NCBI GenBank assembly: GCA_964016885.1
Contig: OZ024744.1
Location: forward strand, 69,192,001-69,256,000
Length of the DNA stretch: 64,000 bases
Origin: Eledone cirrhosa
Lineage: Eukaryota
Direction: 5' to 3'
Shown in pieces: positions 21,699 through 33,273 of this stretch; position 1 is the stretch's first letter, and every line of letters begins with the position of its first letter. Position numbers and translations under genes: made by a program. The notes beneath the pieces were generated by a model. That model did no database searches. It was not told the origin of the DNA and saw nothing but the letters and a program-made list of their open reading frames with translations.

Positions 21699-23585
21699 TC
21701 CGCCTCAGTGGCCGAGAGCCGCGGCAGTCCGTCGAGGTAGACACTAAAGTCCATCCCTCGACCCGGCCCACCGCTGCCGCCGAACATCTGAGCGAAGTGT
21801 CGCTGAAAAGCTTCACACATTTGCCCGGGATCGAGTAGCATGCGCCCGTCGTGGTCCACCAAAGACCGGATCGTGGCTTTGTTGCCACGACGTGCCTCCG
21901 CCACTCGGGCCCATTGAACGGCTTTCGTCCCCTCGTGTCTGAGAGCACGCACCCTAGCTCTGACAACGCAGCCTTCGTGCTTTGCATTGAAGAATTGGTC
22001 AAGGGCCAATTTCGCCGCAAGCACGTCGGTCGCAATGCCTTTGCTAAGCGCCTCGTCTAATTGTCTAACTAGTTCTCCCTCTGCTCTATTTTTCTCTATT
22101 GCTAAAGCGTTACTAAACCTAATCGATTCTATTCTAATCGCTCTTTTCAGAGCAAACCACCACTTGTTGTTGACGATGGCCCCCGTCAACGCCCGCTTAA
22201 CTAGTTCGCTAATCCGGTCTCTGTAGGCCTTGCGTGCTAGTAAGGACGCGTTTAGCTTCCAGTAGCCGGGTCCTCGTCTATGAAGCCTATCTAAGTCAAG
22301 CACACAGATCACGAATTTGTGGTCCGTGTAGCTGACTATCTTGAATTGTGGACAGCCTATGCTAGACCTATCTATTTCCCTACAAAATACTCTATCTAGA
22401 TATGATCTGGATGACCCTATGCGATTTGTCCAAGTCCACATTGGCGCATTCGGGAAATCCAATCGGTACCTGTCAGACAGTTCAAAACGCCTGAGCAGGT
22501 TGGTGAGGCTTTTGCACCCTCCACCCCTATCCGCTAATCACACACAGTCCCAGGGTGCATCTAAAATCCCGTTCCAGTCGCCCACTAACACTAAAGAGCG
22601 GGACGTTCCAAGAAATGTCTCCAGACGCCGGAAGAAATCAGGCCGCCCTGCTCCTGTCGGGGCATAGACGGCCACTAGCCTGAAAGCTTACCCGTCTCCG
22701 CTGGTCACGTCCAGCACCACCAACTTACCCTCTGGGTCCAGGAAGATGGCCCGTATGGCGAGATTCAAACCTCTCCGAAAAAGCACAGCAACTCCTCCCC
22801 CCGAACCAGGACGGCTGGGAGATGCGTACACATCGTAGCCTCCGAAGATCGGTGCGAAGGCCCGTGCTTCGGAGATTCTGGTCTCGCTGATGGCCACTAC
22901 ATCTATGTTTAGTGACCTGAGGTCGTTGAGCAGGTGACCCTGCTTCCATGACGACCCCAAGCCACGCGCATTTATGCTGCCTATTCTGAGTGAGGTCATG
23001 TTTAAAATAGAGTGGAAAAGATGGGAAAGACCACTTACCGTACTTTTCGTAGAGGAGGGATGGTTTTTCCATCCCTTTTCACTTGATCGTCTGGTGAAGG
23101 GACCGTTAAATCGTCCCTTCGGCTGGTCGTCGGCTTTTCTATGAGTATGTCCGAATATACTCTTCGGTTGAGTGTCCCTCCTAGGTCTCTGAAATCACCA
23201 ACTGCGTTGGGGAATTTCGTTTTAATGTTTGTGTATTGTTTCTGTGCTATTTTTAGTAGTCTTATGTTAGTTGGCGTTTTGATTGGTGCTGGTATTATGT
23301 AGTCGTGTTGTGAAATGTCTGTGTGTTCAATTATGTAAGTCATTAGTTTCTTGTTGTGTTTATTGCCGTGCATTTGTTTTTCTGGGGGTGGCGTGTGGTT
23401 CTGCTATTTTCTTGTCGTTGTTGCTGGGTGTGTGTGTTTTGTTGTTGTGTTTGCGATGTTGGTGCTTGTGATGGTGGTGTTGAAGGTGTTGTTGGCGGTG
23501 GGGTTGTCGCTGGTGGTGCTAGTGTGGGTGGTGATGGTGTTGGTGGTGTTTCTGCTGTGAGTCTCTTTGCAGTAGCCTTTACCCT

Positions 23586-24554
23586 TTATTCATTTCTTTC
23601 CTCCCTTTTCGAAGGCGACGATGCGCTGCTCCTGCGTTTGTGCCTTCTTGCGACCTTTTGCCATCCCTCTCCCACCTCACACTCCATGTCTGATTCTGTG
23701 AGGTCGGGGAGGGGTACCAGCTCCACTCTTTCACTTGTTGTTGTTGGTGATGTTTGCACTGGAGTCTCTGTTGCAGCTGCATTTGGTATTGCTGTTGTTG
23801 TTGTTGTTAATACTTCCACTGCTGCTGCTGTTTTTGATTTCCGTGGCGTGGGTATGGGTTCCACGGACCTATCGTTCCTGGTTGCCGCTTGTCCTGTTGC
23901 TGGTAGCCGTGGAGCCGGTTTCGGAAGGAGGGGGGTTTTCTCCTTTCTCAGGGTCTTCTCGTTGCAGAAGGCCCTGAGGTGAGTCTTCGATCCACAGCGA
24001 AAGCATTTCGGGCTTTTGCCCTCAACACTTATGGGCAGTTGAGTGCCGTTATCGAAGTCTATCACATCCGGGATAGCTTCGATGCACTCCTGGTTGGTTT
24101 GGATTAACATCTCAATGGAGGTGCCGACCCAATCTTCTCTTACTTTTTTCTGTACAGTTGTTTTGTCCTCGCTTCCGACGAGGACAGACGCGGCCAGCCA
24201 AGAAGGGGCCATCCCGGGAGGGACGTGGGTCAGTTTGAGCCTCATAATTTTTTGCCCGCAGTAGGAGGGCACCAACACCATTTCCTCGCTCCTTAGGGTC
24301 ACTAAGGATTGAGCCTTTGCCTCTTGGGGTGTGGCAAAAAGTTCATCTACGGTGGCATATTTCTTGCCTCGGGTGATGTGCGTTTTCCGCTGCCATACAG
24401 ACCCCAAGGCTTTTTGTATTTGAGCCTCTGTGGCTCTTTCAACCCTACGGGATTTTGTACTTACTGTACGGTACGTGACCGTACAGTGCTGTTGGGTTTC
24501 GAAAATGTTTTCCGCTGCCTTGCAGATTGCTCGGTGTCCGGTCTTTGTCACCAT
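23586..24554 (-). CDS. Tx1 ORF1 (gag-like zinc-knuckle protein) segment
   Basis: CX2CX4HX4C knuckle upstream of ORF2. Homologous to the T1 ORF1 fragments (REDW..IPD..EG(K/R)xPxCF). Confidence 0.75.
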   Translation of the reverse strand: MVTKTGHRAICKAAENIFETQQHCTVTYRTVSTKSRRVERATEAQIQKALGSVWQRKTHITRGKKYATVDELFATPQEAKAQSLVTLRSEEMVLVPSYCGQKIMRLKLTHVPPGMAPSWLAASVLVGSEDKTTVQKKVREDWVGTSIEMLIQTNQECIEAIPDVIDFDNGTQLPISVEGKSPKCFRCGSKTHLRAFCNEKTLRKEKTPLLPKPAPRLPATGQAATRNDRSVEPIPTPRKSKTAAAVEVLTTTTTAIPNAAATETPVQTSPTTTSERVELVPLPDLTESDMECEVGEGWQKVARRHKRRSSASSPSKREERNE

Positions 24555-25331
24555 TTTCTTCGCTTCCTCTAATTCCTCATTTGTTATGAGGATGGTTTCC
24601 AGGTTCTTTGCGATACCTGCAAACTAGATTGGTTTTTCTTTGCTGCTGTTGTTGTTGTTGTTGTCGTCAGAGCTGCTGTTACTTTTGTTGTTGCTGCAGC
24701 TACTACGACTACTGCCGCCGCCGCTGTTGCTGTGGTTGTTGTTGTTGTTGCTGCTGCTAATGCTGTTGTTTATGCTGCTTCTGATGCTGTTGCGGCTGCT
24801 ACTGTTGTTTTCATTGTCACTGTTGCTGTTGTTATTACGGCTGCTACTGCTATTATTCCTGACGTCAGACGAATGAAATGGGTTTTCGTATTTCCCGCAC
24901 ACCTGTTTCGTCGTTGTCGTCGTCGTCGTGGAGGAATCTTGCACGCTTTGCACGAGACTTTTCTTTTCTGTCGTCGCTTGCGAAAGAGAAGGGAGAGAGA
25001 GACACATTTAAAGAAGGGTGGGGAAGAGACAATCTTCTCTCTGCAGTAGTGACGATTGAGGAAGAAGAAGACGGAATGAGTGGGAGTGACCTATGAAAAT
25101 TCTTTTTCGTAGCCATGTTGTTTTTTTGTTTAAAATAAATATTGGGCACAAAACCCCAATAAGCAGTTATTTAACCCCGAAGGGCCAAATAACGGGCAGA
25201 AAGACCCTTCTCACGAGGAGGAGGGTGTTTTTGTCTACAAGTTGGTTAAAGTTTTAAACAATTTACAATAGTTATAGCGGTCAAAATTTACAATACCTTA
25301 CAGAGCCGAGCCTCCGTCAACCATAGCATTC

Positions 25332-25361
<30 letters not shown>

Positions 25362-25362
<1 letters not shown>

Positions 25363-28300
25363 TTTAAATCAGATGAACAAAAATTGGCCAGGCAGGCTCG
25401 GGTAATGAGAACTAATAGGTGGATAAGCGAGCTGGAACTGGAGGAACTGAGCAGAGAGATTAGCTTGGAGATGGAGGGTGGAGTATGCCAGGCAAACGAG
25501 CCAGTGGGAAATGAAGGTGAAGAGGTCGAGAGAACGGAGGAACCACCCGAAGCAGACAATGATCTGAAAACTGAGAAAAATAATACCTAGAACAGAGATA
25601 CGGCCACTGAGGAAAGGAATGCTGATGGGCTAGGACAAGATTTGGTTGATATCCTAAACTTAGTGGTAGATGAATTGAACAATGGTAGTGGGAGACCTAT
25701 GAACCTAAGATTTGTAGACAGGAAAAAGTTAAAAGAAACAACAGCTAAGGTAAACAAAGTCATCCCATACCTTGAGGCGAGGAGCCTTCACCAGTGCAAC
25801 AATATCCTCAAAGCAACAGCAAATACGGTGAGGAAACTACTTGGTATAAAAGCGAGAGGAAACAACAGACAAGAAAGAGCAGAGCCTTGGTGGAAGAAAC
25901 GACTGAGTGGTCAAATCAGGGAAATGAGAAATGACATTGGAAAGCTTGAGTCACTACTGAATGGGACACTAAAAATAGACTGGAAATAAAGTACAAAACT
26001 AGGAGGAAAAAGCTAAATATTATCATAGAGGAACTGAAGCAACGCATTGTAGCAAAGAGTGCAAAAATCAGGCGATACGAGAACAGAGTCAGCTAGTATA
26101 GACAGAACTGCATGTTCGACAACAACCAGAAGATGCTGTTTGGACAACTTGAAGGGAAAGAAAGAGGTAACGACTTGATCCCTGAGGCGGAACAAACTAA
26201 AACATTCTGGAGAGGAATATGGGAGCAGGATGTTAAACATAATGACCAGGCAGTGTGTATTGAGACGGTACAGAAGGAGATTAGTGAACAGGCACACCAA
26301 CAAACTGATTTGAGTATCACAGTTGAAACTCTTAAGGGGCAAGCCAAAAAACTAACCAACTGGAAATCACCAGGCCCAGATGGTGCGCAGGGGTATTGGA
26401 TTAAAAATATAACATCCCTCCACCCGAAACTGACAACCATGTTCAATGACTGCTTGATGTCAGGTGAGGTACCAGAGTGGTTGACAAAAGGTACCACAGT
26501 TCTGATAATGAAAGACCGAATCAAGGGTAATGATGTTACCAACTATAGACCTATCACATGTCTGTCCGTAATGTGGAAACTGTTGACAAGCATTATGTCT
26601 GAGGAAATCTACCATCACCTCCACACAAACAACTTGTTACCGGACGAACAGAAAGGATGCCGAAAGAAGTCACGTGGTACAAAGGACCAGTTACTTATTG
26701 ATAAGATGGTAATGAGGAATTGCAAGAGGAGACACACTGGTCTTGCCATGGGATGGATAGGCTACAAAAAGGCATTTGACATGGTGCCTCATTCTTGGAT
26801 CACCAAAAGCCTGGAGATCTTCAATGTGGCAGATAACATCAGACAGTTGTTGGGCAAAAGTATGAAGTCCTGGGAAACAGAGTTAACATCAACTGGAGAA
26901 TCCTTGGGAAGCGTGAAGATCAAGAGAGGTATCTTCCAGGGAGATAGTCTGTCCCCTCTGTTGTTTGTCCTTGCCCTGATGCCCCTGACCAGTGTACTGC
27001 GAAAAGTGAGAGCAGGATACAGGTTGGGAAAGGGAGGGCTTACCATCAACCACCTCCTCTTCATGGACGATCTTAAGCTCTTCGGGAAGAGTGAGAAGGA
27101 GTTGGATGTGCTTGTTGACACTGTCCGTATTTTCACTAATGATATATGTATGGAATTTGGTATTAGTAAGTGCGGAGTCATTGTGATGAGGAGGGGTAAG
27201 TTGAGCAGAAGTAACGGAATCCAGATACCAACAGGTGAGATGATAAAGGAAATTGACTCTGAGGAAGGATACAAGTATTTGGGCGTTCTGGAGGCTGATG
27301 ACATCAAGAACAAAAAAATGAAGGAATTGATAAGAACTGAATACCTTCGGAGAGTAAGGAGCGTATTAAAGTCACATCTGAACAGTAGGAATGCCATAAG
27401 TGCAGTAAATTCCCGAGCTGTGTCTATTATTAGGTACAGTGCGGGAATTCTGAGATGGAATATTGCTGAACAAAAAGAAATGGATAGGAAGACTAGGAAG
27501 CTATTGACTATCTACAACATGTTCCACAAGAGGAGTGATGTCGATAGACTCTACTTAAGGAGATCTGAGGGTGGAAGAGGTCTTGTCAGCATAGAGGACT
27601 GTGTTCAGATGGAGAAAAACAACCTACACAAATACGTGACTGATAGTAAGGAGCCAATGCACAGAACTGTACTGAAGGAGGGGACAATAGGCCAGGGGAT
27701 GTCCAAGGAGGAAATAACATCAAGGAGAAAGAGCAGCCTTCAAGAAAAATCCCTTCATAGTACCTTCTTTGAGAGAACTGAATTTAGAGCTCCACAGACA
27801 TGGAACTGGTTGAAAAGCGGAGACCTTAAAAAGGCTACAGAAGGAATGTTAATGGCTGCGCAGGAGCAGGCCCTCAAAACGAAGTGGTTGAAACACCACA
27901 TTTACAAGGTGGAGGCTAGCCCACTGTGCAGGATCTGTGGAGAGAGAGAGAGGAGACTGTGGCTCACATTGTATCCGAGTGTAAACACCTAGCCCAGACT
28001 CACTATAAGGGCTGGAGACATGATGTGATGGGCAGGGTGATCCACTGGCACCTATGCAAAGTAAACAATTTACCACATTCTGAGAAGTGGTATAAGCATA
28101 AGCCAGAGGCGGTGATATAAAACAATCAGGTGAAGGTGCTGTGGGATTTTAGGATACAGACGGACAAGAAACTGGAACGCAATAGACCTGACCTGGTGGT
28201 TTTGGACAAGGGAAAAAGATCGTGCCTGATGGTTGATGTAGCCTGCCCATTTGACACGAGAGTGCAAGAAAAGGAGAGGGAGAAAATTAACCGATACCAG

Positions 28301-28572
28301 GACTTTAAGTGGGAGGTAAAAAGGATTTGGAACTGCCATGAAGTCAAAGTGATCCCGATTGTCATAGGCCCACTAGGGACTATCTCAAAAAGTTTCCAGG
28401 GATGGTTAAAGAAAATTGGCCCCGCCCCGCTTTTTGGAACACTTTGGAACACTTGCTGGGAACAGCAAGAACCCTCCGATACGTCCTGAATATCTGAGGC
28501 TGCAGGTAGTGGCTTGATATTCATTTCAACAAACTTTCCAGTTAACTAACAACAATGACTGAGACTCAAAGA
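25362..28572 (+). mobile_element. R4/Dong-clade LINE, 5'-truncated (copy D2)
   Basis: Collinear with D1 from ~16040. ORF 26112-27992 encodes RT and 28130+ encodes RLE. (AAT)n on both sides. Confidence 0.93.
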
Positions 28573-28616
28573 ACAATAATAATAATAATAATACACTATT
28601 AATAATTATTAATTAA

Positions 28617-29615
28617 TGCTTTCTTTATTAACCACAAGAGTTTACACAGAGTAGATATTAAGGACAGTACATGATAATACAGGACGGTACAAATGGGCAT
28701 TTCTGCGTGTAAAAAAAAACAAAAAAAAACAGAGGATGTAACAAAAAAGGAACAATGAAAAATTCCCCAATAGGGGGGAGACTTCCGAGGGCCATCGTGG
28801 AGAAAGCCTATTAAAAAAAAGCCACGGTGACCCTGACCACCAGGGCACGTTCCCTCTCCCAGTTTTCCACCTTTAATTTACAGGCACATACTCAGAGTAG
28901 GCCCATTCACTCGGGCCATTCTTGCCTCTCTCAACCATCTTTCAACAATATGCTGGGAAGAGAGCACTTCCCTCTCTACCCTGATTTTCCTTTTCTAATG
29001 AAATTTGAAAAAGTTAATCAGGGCATCACCGAAGAGGTAAGTGCTCGTCTTCAGCCCATACAGGGGCGTCCACCATACAATCTCTTTCACCATGGCCACT
29101 AGACAGATAAATACTGCCTGCGCTTTCCGGCTAAAGGAAGAGGGCGGGGCAATACTCACGATTGAATCAGCTTATAGCCGGATCCGTTCTACACGCGACA
29201 GCAGGTGTTCGACATAAACCCACAAGTCAGCAATTTTCGGACACTGGACAAGTGCGTGCAGGACGGTTCGTCGCCCTGCGCGCATCTCGGACATGCCCGT
29301 CTGACGGCACTTCCATGCCTGTTGAGTTTATCCCGAACTGGCAAAGCTCCTCGGTAGCACTGCCAGTCCAGGGATTTCTGGAAATTGTCCATAGGCCCCG
29401 GCCCGAAAGTTCTTCCGAACTAATCCTCTATAGAACGTGGTGTTTCACCCGATCACATTGCCCGATGGGTCGAATGCTATGAGCCCCTGAAGACATTCCA
29501 GTCTCCAGGCGTTTCCACTCGGTCTTAGCCTGACCCAGGGCTGCAGCTCCGTCAAGGAGACGAGCTGGGGAAAGACGCGTCTAGCAAACGGCGACCACAC
29601 CTGATCACCGTCGAA
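28617..29615 (-). mobile_element. Tx1 3' fragment (copy T3), tail to tail with D2
   Basis: Homologous to 19336-20410, with an internal deletion near 29420. Confidence 0.9.
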
Positions 29616-29711
29616 ACATTCTAAAGATTAATAAGATTAATAAGACACCTTTGAACCTCAGCCCAGGAGCTCCACTAATTCTATGCCATCCCTCTTGGCC
29701 ACCGAGAATGC

Positions 29712-29992
29712 AATCGTGCAATGCCTGTGCGTGAAGAATATTTTTAAAGTGAGGAAAGACTGTGCACTGAACCAATCCCACTCTCTGAGCGACAGTAGCT
29801 ATAACCCGAAAAGAAGAAAAGATCAACATCATCGGTAACTACTGAGCCACAGGTTTTATGTCGGAGTTAACCCAGTTTCCTGAGATGCCTTCTCCTAGAA
29901 GAATACCCCGACAAGGGCTAGGGATTCTTCACTCCCAGTGGTTTAACTGCGCGATCGGGTAATCAGCCCGACTATTTCTATGTCCCCGCGCA
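29712..29992 (-). mobile_element. Internal fragment of the RTE-derived non-autonomous element, subfamily 2
   Basis: Nearly identical to 38812-39095. Shares GCAATGCCTGTGC..GTGAAG..TCCCACTCTCT..AACATCAT with the array units. Confidence 0.8.
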
Positions 29993-30092
29993 TAAAAAAA
30001 AAACTCACTTATTGACACTCATACGTACGACATAAACACACGCGCACACACCAACACTCATGCATACAAATAAACACACACACGCTACTCAC

Positions 30093-30156
<64 letters not shown>

Positions 30157-30157
30157 G

Positions 30158-30229
<72 letters not shown>

Positions 30230-30230
<1 letters not shown>

Positions 30231-30368
30231 TAACCATCCCTGGAAACTTTTTGAGATAGTCCCTAGTGCGCCTATGACAATCGGGATCACTTTGACTTCA
30301 TGGCAGTGCCAAATCCTTTTTACCTCCCACTTTAAGTCCTGATATCGGTTAATTTTCTCCCTCTCCTT
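30230..30368 (-). mobile_element. Inverted internal fragment of the Dong RLE region
   Basis: Translates as KEREKINRYQDLKWEVKRIW..GTISKSFQGWL. Confidence 0.9.
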
Positions 30369-32290
30369 CACGTAATGGAGAGATAGCATGCTTTCCAACA
30401 GACAAGTCTGGCAGAATGTCGGTTGACAGCCTGCCAAACTACATCCAGGCAATGCAATCCCACATCACTAACACAAGAGAGGTAACACCACAGGAGCATG
30501 AGGATAGAGAAAAAGCCCTCAATGCCCATATGGTGATGTGGACGAATATAATGGAGCCCAACAAAAGGACTGCCAACAACTTCCAGGCCTGGAACAATGA
30601 CGTGCCGGCATTGTATGGGTTTCGAAAAGACCATAAAACGGGCTGTGACTCTGTCGCGGGACCACCAACACGGCCAGTCTGTGGAGCTAACATTGCTAGT
30701 AACTACAGACTGTCCTACTTCCTCTCCCTGATCATACGCCCCATCATTGAAATGTCCCCAGATGTATGTGACAGCACGGAGGACCTCCTCAGCAGAATCG
30801 GCGTGAGTAACCGATCTGGGGACCTAACAAACTGCATAATAGGCAGTATGGATGTTGTGTCCCTGTATCCATCTATTGACGTGGATTTTGCTGTGGAGAA
30901 ATGCGTAGAAATGATCAGTGAGAGCAAGGTTGAGTTCCGTGGGATTGATACCAGTGAGCTGGGATTCCTACTTAAGCTTACCTATAGTAATAGTTACCTA
31001 GACACATATGACCTTAGCAACCTGTGCCCTACAAGACCAGCAAGAGGCAGACCACCTACCATTACCTCAATGGCCAAGAAAACCCACACAGATAGATGGA
31101 ACGGGTGGACCAGAGCCATACGGACACCCGAAAACCACGATGAACTGAAGAAAAATGATTGTACATGCGGTAGGGGCCAGCATAAAACTAACCCTTAAGG
31201 AACATATGTTCAAATTTAATGGAAAAACATATGCCCAAGAGGAAGGAGCAGCCATTGGTGTTAGCATTGCAGGCGACATAGCTAACTTATTCATGGTATG
31301 GTGGGACAGTAGACTTAAACTTAAACTTAAAGAACAATTAGAAGACCCCTTAACCCTGATAATGTACTCCCGCTACGTAGCTGATATAAACATCGTAGTT
31401 AAGACACCCCCACTAGAGAACAGTCAGGAACTAGAGAAAAACACAATGGAAAGCATCCAGCAAATAGCAAACTCCATCCACCAGAGCATTAGAGTTACTA
31501 TAGACTACCCAAGTAAACACCCCAACCATCGATTACCTGTACTAGACACAGAGCTCTGGTTAGATACCATTAACAACAAAAAACAAATCCTCCATTCCCA
31601 TTATGCCAAACCCATGACTTCCAAACATCTGATCCACCGAAACTCGGCCATTTCGGACCATACCAAAATCAACATACTGATTGCGGATTTGGTACGGGTG
31701 ATGAGAAATGTGTCCCGCATGTGCAACCCCGAAGAACTAGAGAGACACATACAACACTTCATCCACCGTATGCAGTTCTCTGGCTACAATCAGAGAGATA
31801 AAATCAGAGTGTATAGAGGAGCCAGAACCAAATGGGAAAAAATGGTAAATAATGACATAAATGGGACCTGCCCCTTGTATAGGAGCAAATTTTGGAATAG
31901 AATAGAAAGAACTAGGAACAAGGCTAATAGAATAAACTCATGGTATGATAGCAATAAATACCAGAGTGTAATGTTCATCAATACAACCCCTAGAGGTGAA
32001 TTAGCTTACAAATTTAGAAGGGCCCTAAATAAACATAAACTCAATATTAAGATAGTAGAAAGACCAGGTACCTCCGAAAAAACACTTATTAGCAAGACAT
32101 ACCCTTTTCAAAGACCCTCATGTATAGATAAGAAATGTATAACCTGTAAAATAAGCCCCCATATTAACTGTAAAACTAGAAATGTAGTGTATAGCATAAG
32201 ATGTACTGAGGGACAATGTAGAGACAAAAATATAGTGTACATAGGTGAGACAGCTCGTAGTGTAGGGGAACGGATAAATGAACACAGCTT
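30369..32290 (+). mobile_element. Penelope-like element (RT + GIY-YIG), truncated at both ends, inactive; possibly Naiad-like
   Basis: LYGFRKDHK..PPTRPVC, GSMDVVSLYPSI, GAAIG..IANLFM, RYVADI (catalytic YVDD mutated), LPVLDTEL, CxxxxCxxC, NVVYSIRC..YIGETARSVGERINEH. One frameshift near 31155. Confidence 0.88.
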
Positions 32291-32733
32291 GTTACATAAT
32301 AAGGTTATGTTTCCGAGGCAATCCAAGTTGAATCGACATGGGAACGGACGAAGTGTGTGCTTTTGGGTTCTTCATCCATTCCCATGTGAGTACCAATTCA
32401 CCACCACCGGTCTGCGCAGGCGCATGTCCGAAGGAAGTTGACCATTAGCTACCGCAGATTTCAACGAAATTCGCTTAGTCAGTTCACTCGTTCAGCCAAA
32501 CAATGACCCATTTAGGCCTGTACCATAGTTTACTGCTACCCGTCCCGTTTGTGGCAGACAGCCGAAAGCCAGAGGGGATGGGAGAGTGTTAGTTTTTACA
32601 GGTCACAATACTACCTCTCACCAAGCATGGACAGTACGACTGACCATCAACTCCCAAGAGAAAATATACTTAATTCTAGGTATCATGGTTTTACATTGGA
32701 AGTTATGAGTGAGAGTTGGAAATAAAAATTAAA

Positions 32734-32795
<62 letters not shown>

Positions 32796-32799
<4 letters not shown>

Positions 32800-32968
32800 A
32801 ACGAGTAGGACCCCGACGGCTGAGCTCAAGCCGTTTCGACGGCTAATTCTGGACTAGCTCAGCCGTCGGGGTCCTACTCGTTCCTATTACCCACTCTACT
32901 ACCCTAAGTATTGAGTACTTTGGTGCGTTATGGTCCACCTGGTTCCTTACCGCATTTCCTTCGTTACA
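32796..32968. mobile_element. Fold-back mini-element in (TA)n, probable PLE pLTR remnant
   Basis: Perfect 31-bp inverted arms at 32796-32826 and 32856-32886 plus an ~80-bp tail. (TA)n on both sides. A related single arm lies at 63640-63692. Confidence 0.6.
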
Positions 32969-33224
32969 TATATATATATATATATATATATAAATTTTAG
33001 TGCAGCATTAACGAAGTTTTAGAATACGGCCAAGCTAACGAATGCATAATCGGTCTGTAGCTTTAACACTCGGATGAGGAAGAACCCCAGAGTAATAACA
33101 TTACGTTCAGACAGCTTAACAAATCAGATATAGCGGTCGGCAGTCCAGCCGCATTACTAGAGCAACGAAAATACAGGACCCAGGAAAATATTTTATACTG
33201 ACCCGGACAGAGCGGTGGGGCTGA

Positions 33225-33271
<47 letters not shown>

Positions 33272-33273
<2 letters not shown>

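Larger units (their letters stand above)
19336..25331 (-). mobile_element. Tx1-clade LINE, apparently full length (~6.0 kb; copy T2), flanked on both sides by (AAT)n
   Basis: 5' UTR, then ORF1 (ATG ~25116) with knuckle CFRCGSKTHLRAFC. ORF2 from 22999 (MTSLRIGSINARG) has APE, GPGYWKLN, RT SAYADD and CPRC..H..C, and stops at 19596. A few frameshifts. The 3' end is AATAAAGAAATC(ATT)n, and (AAT)n lies at 25332-25361. Confidence 0.93.
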
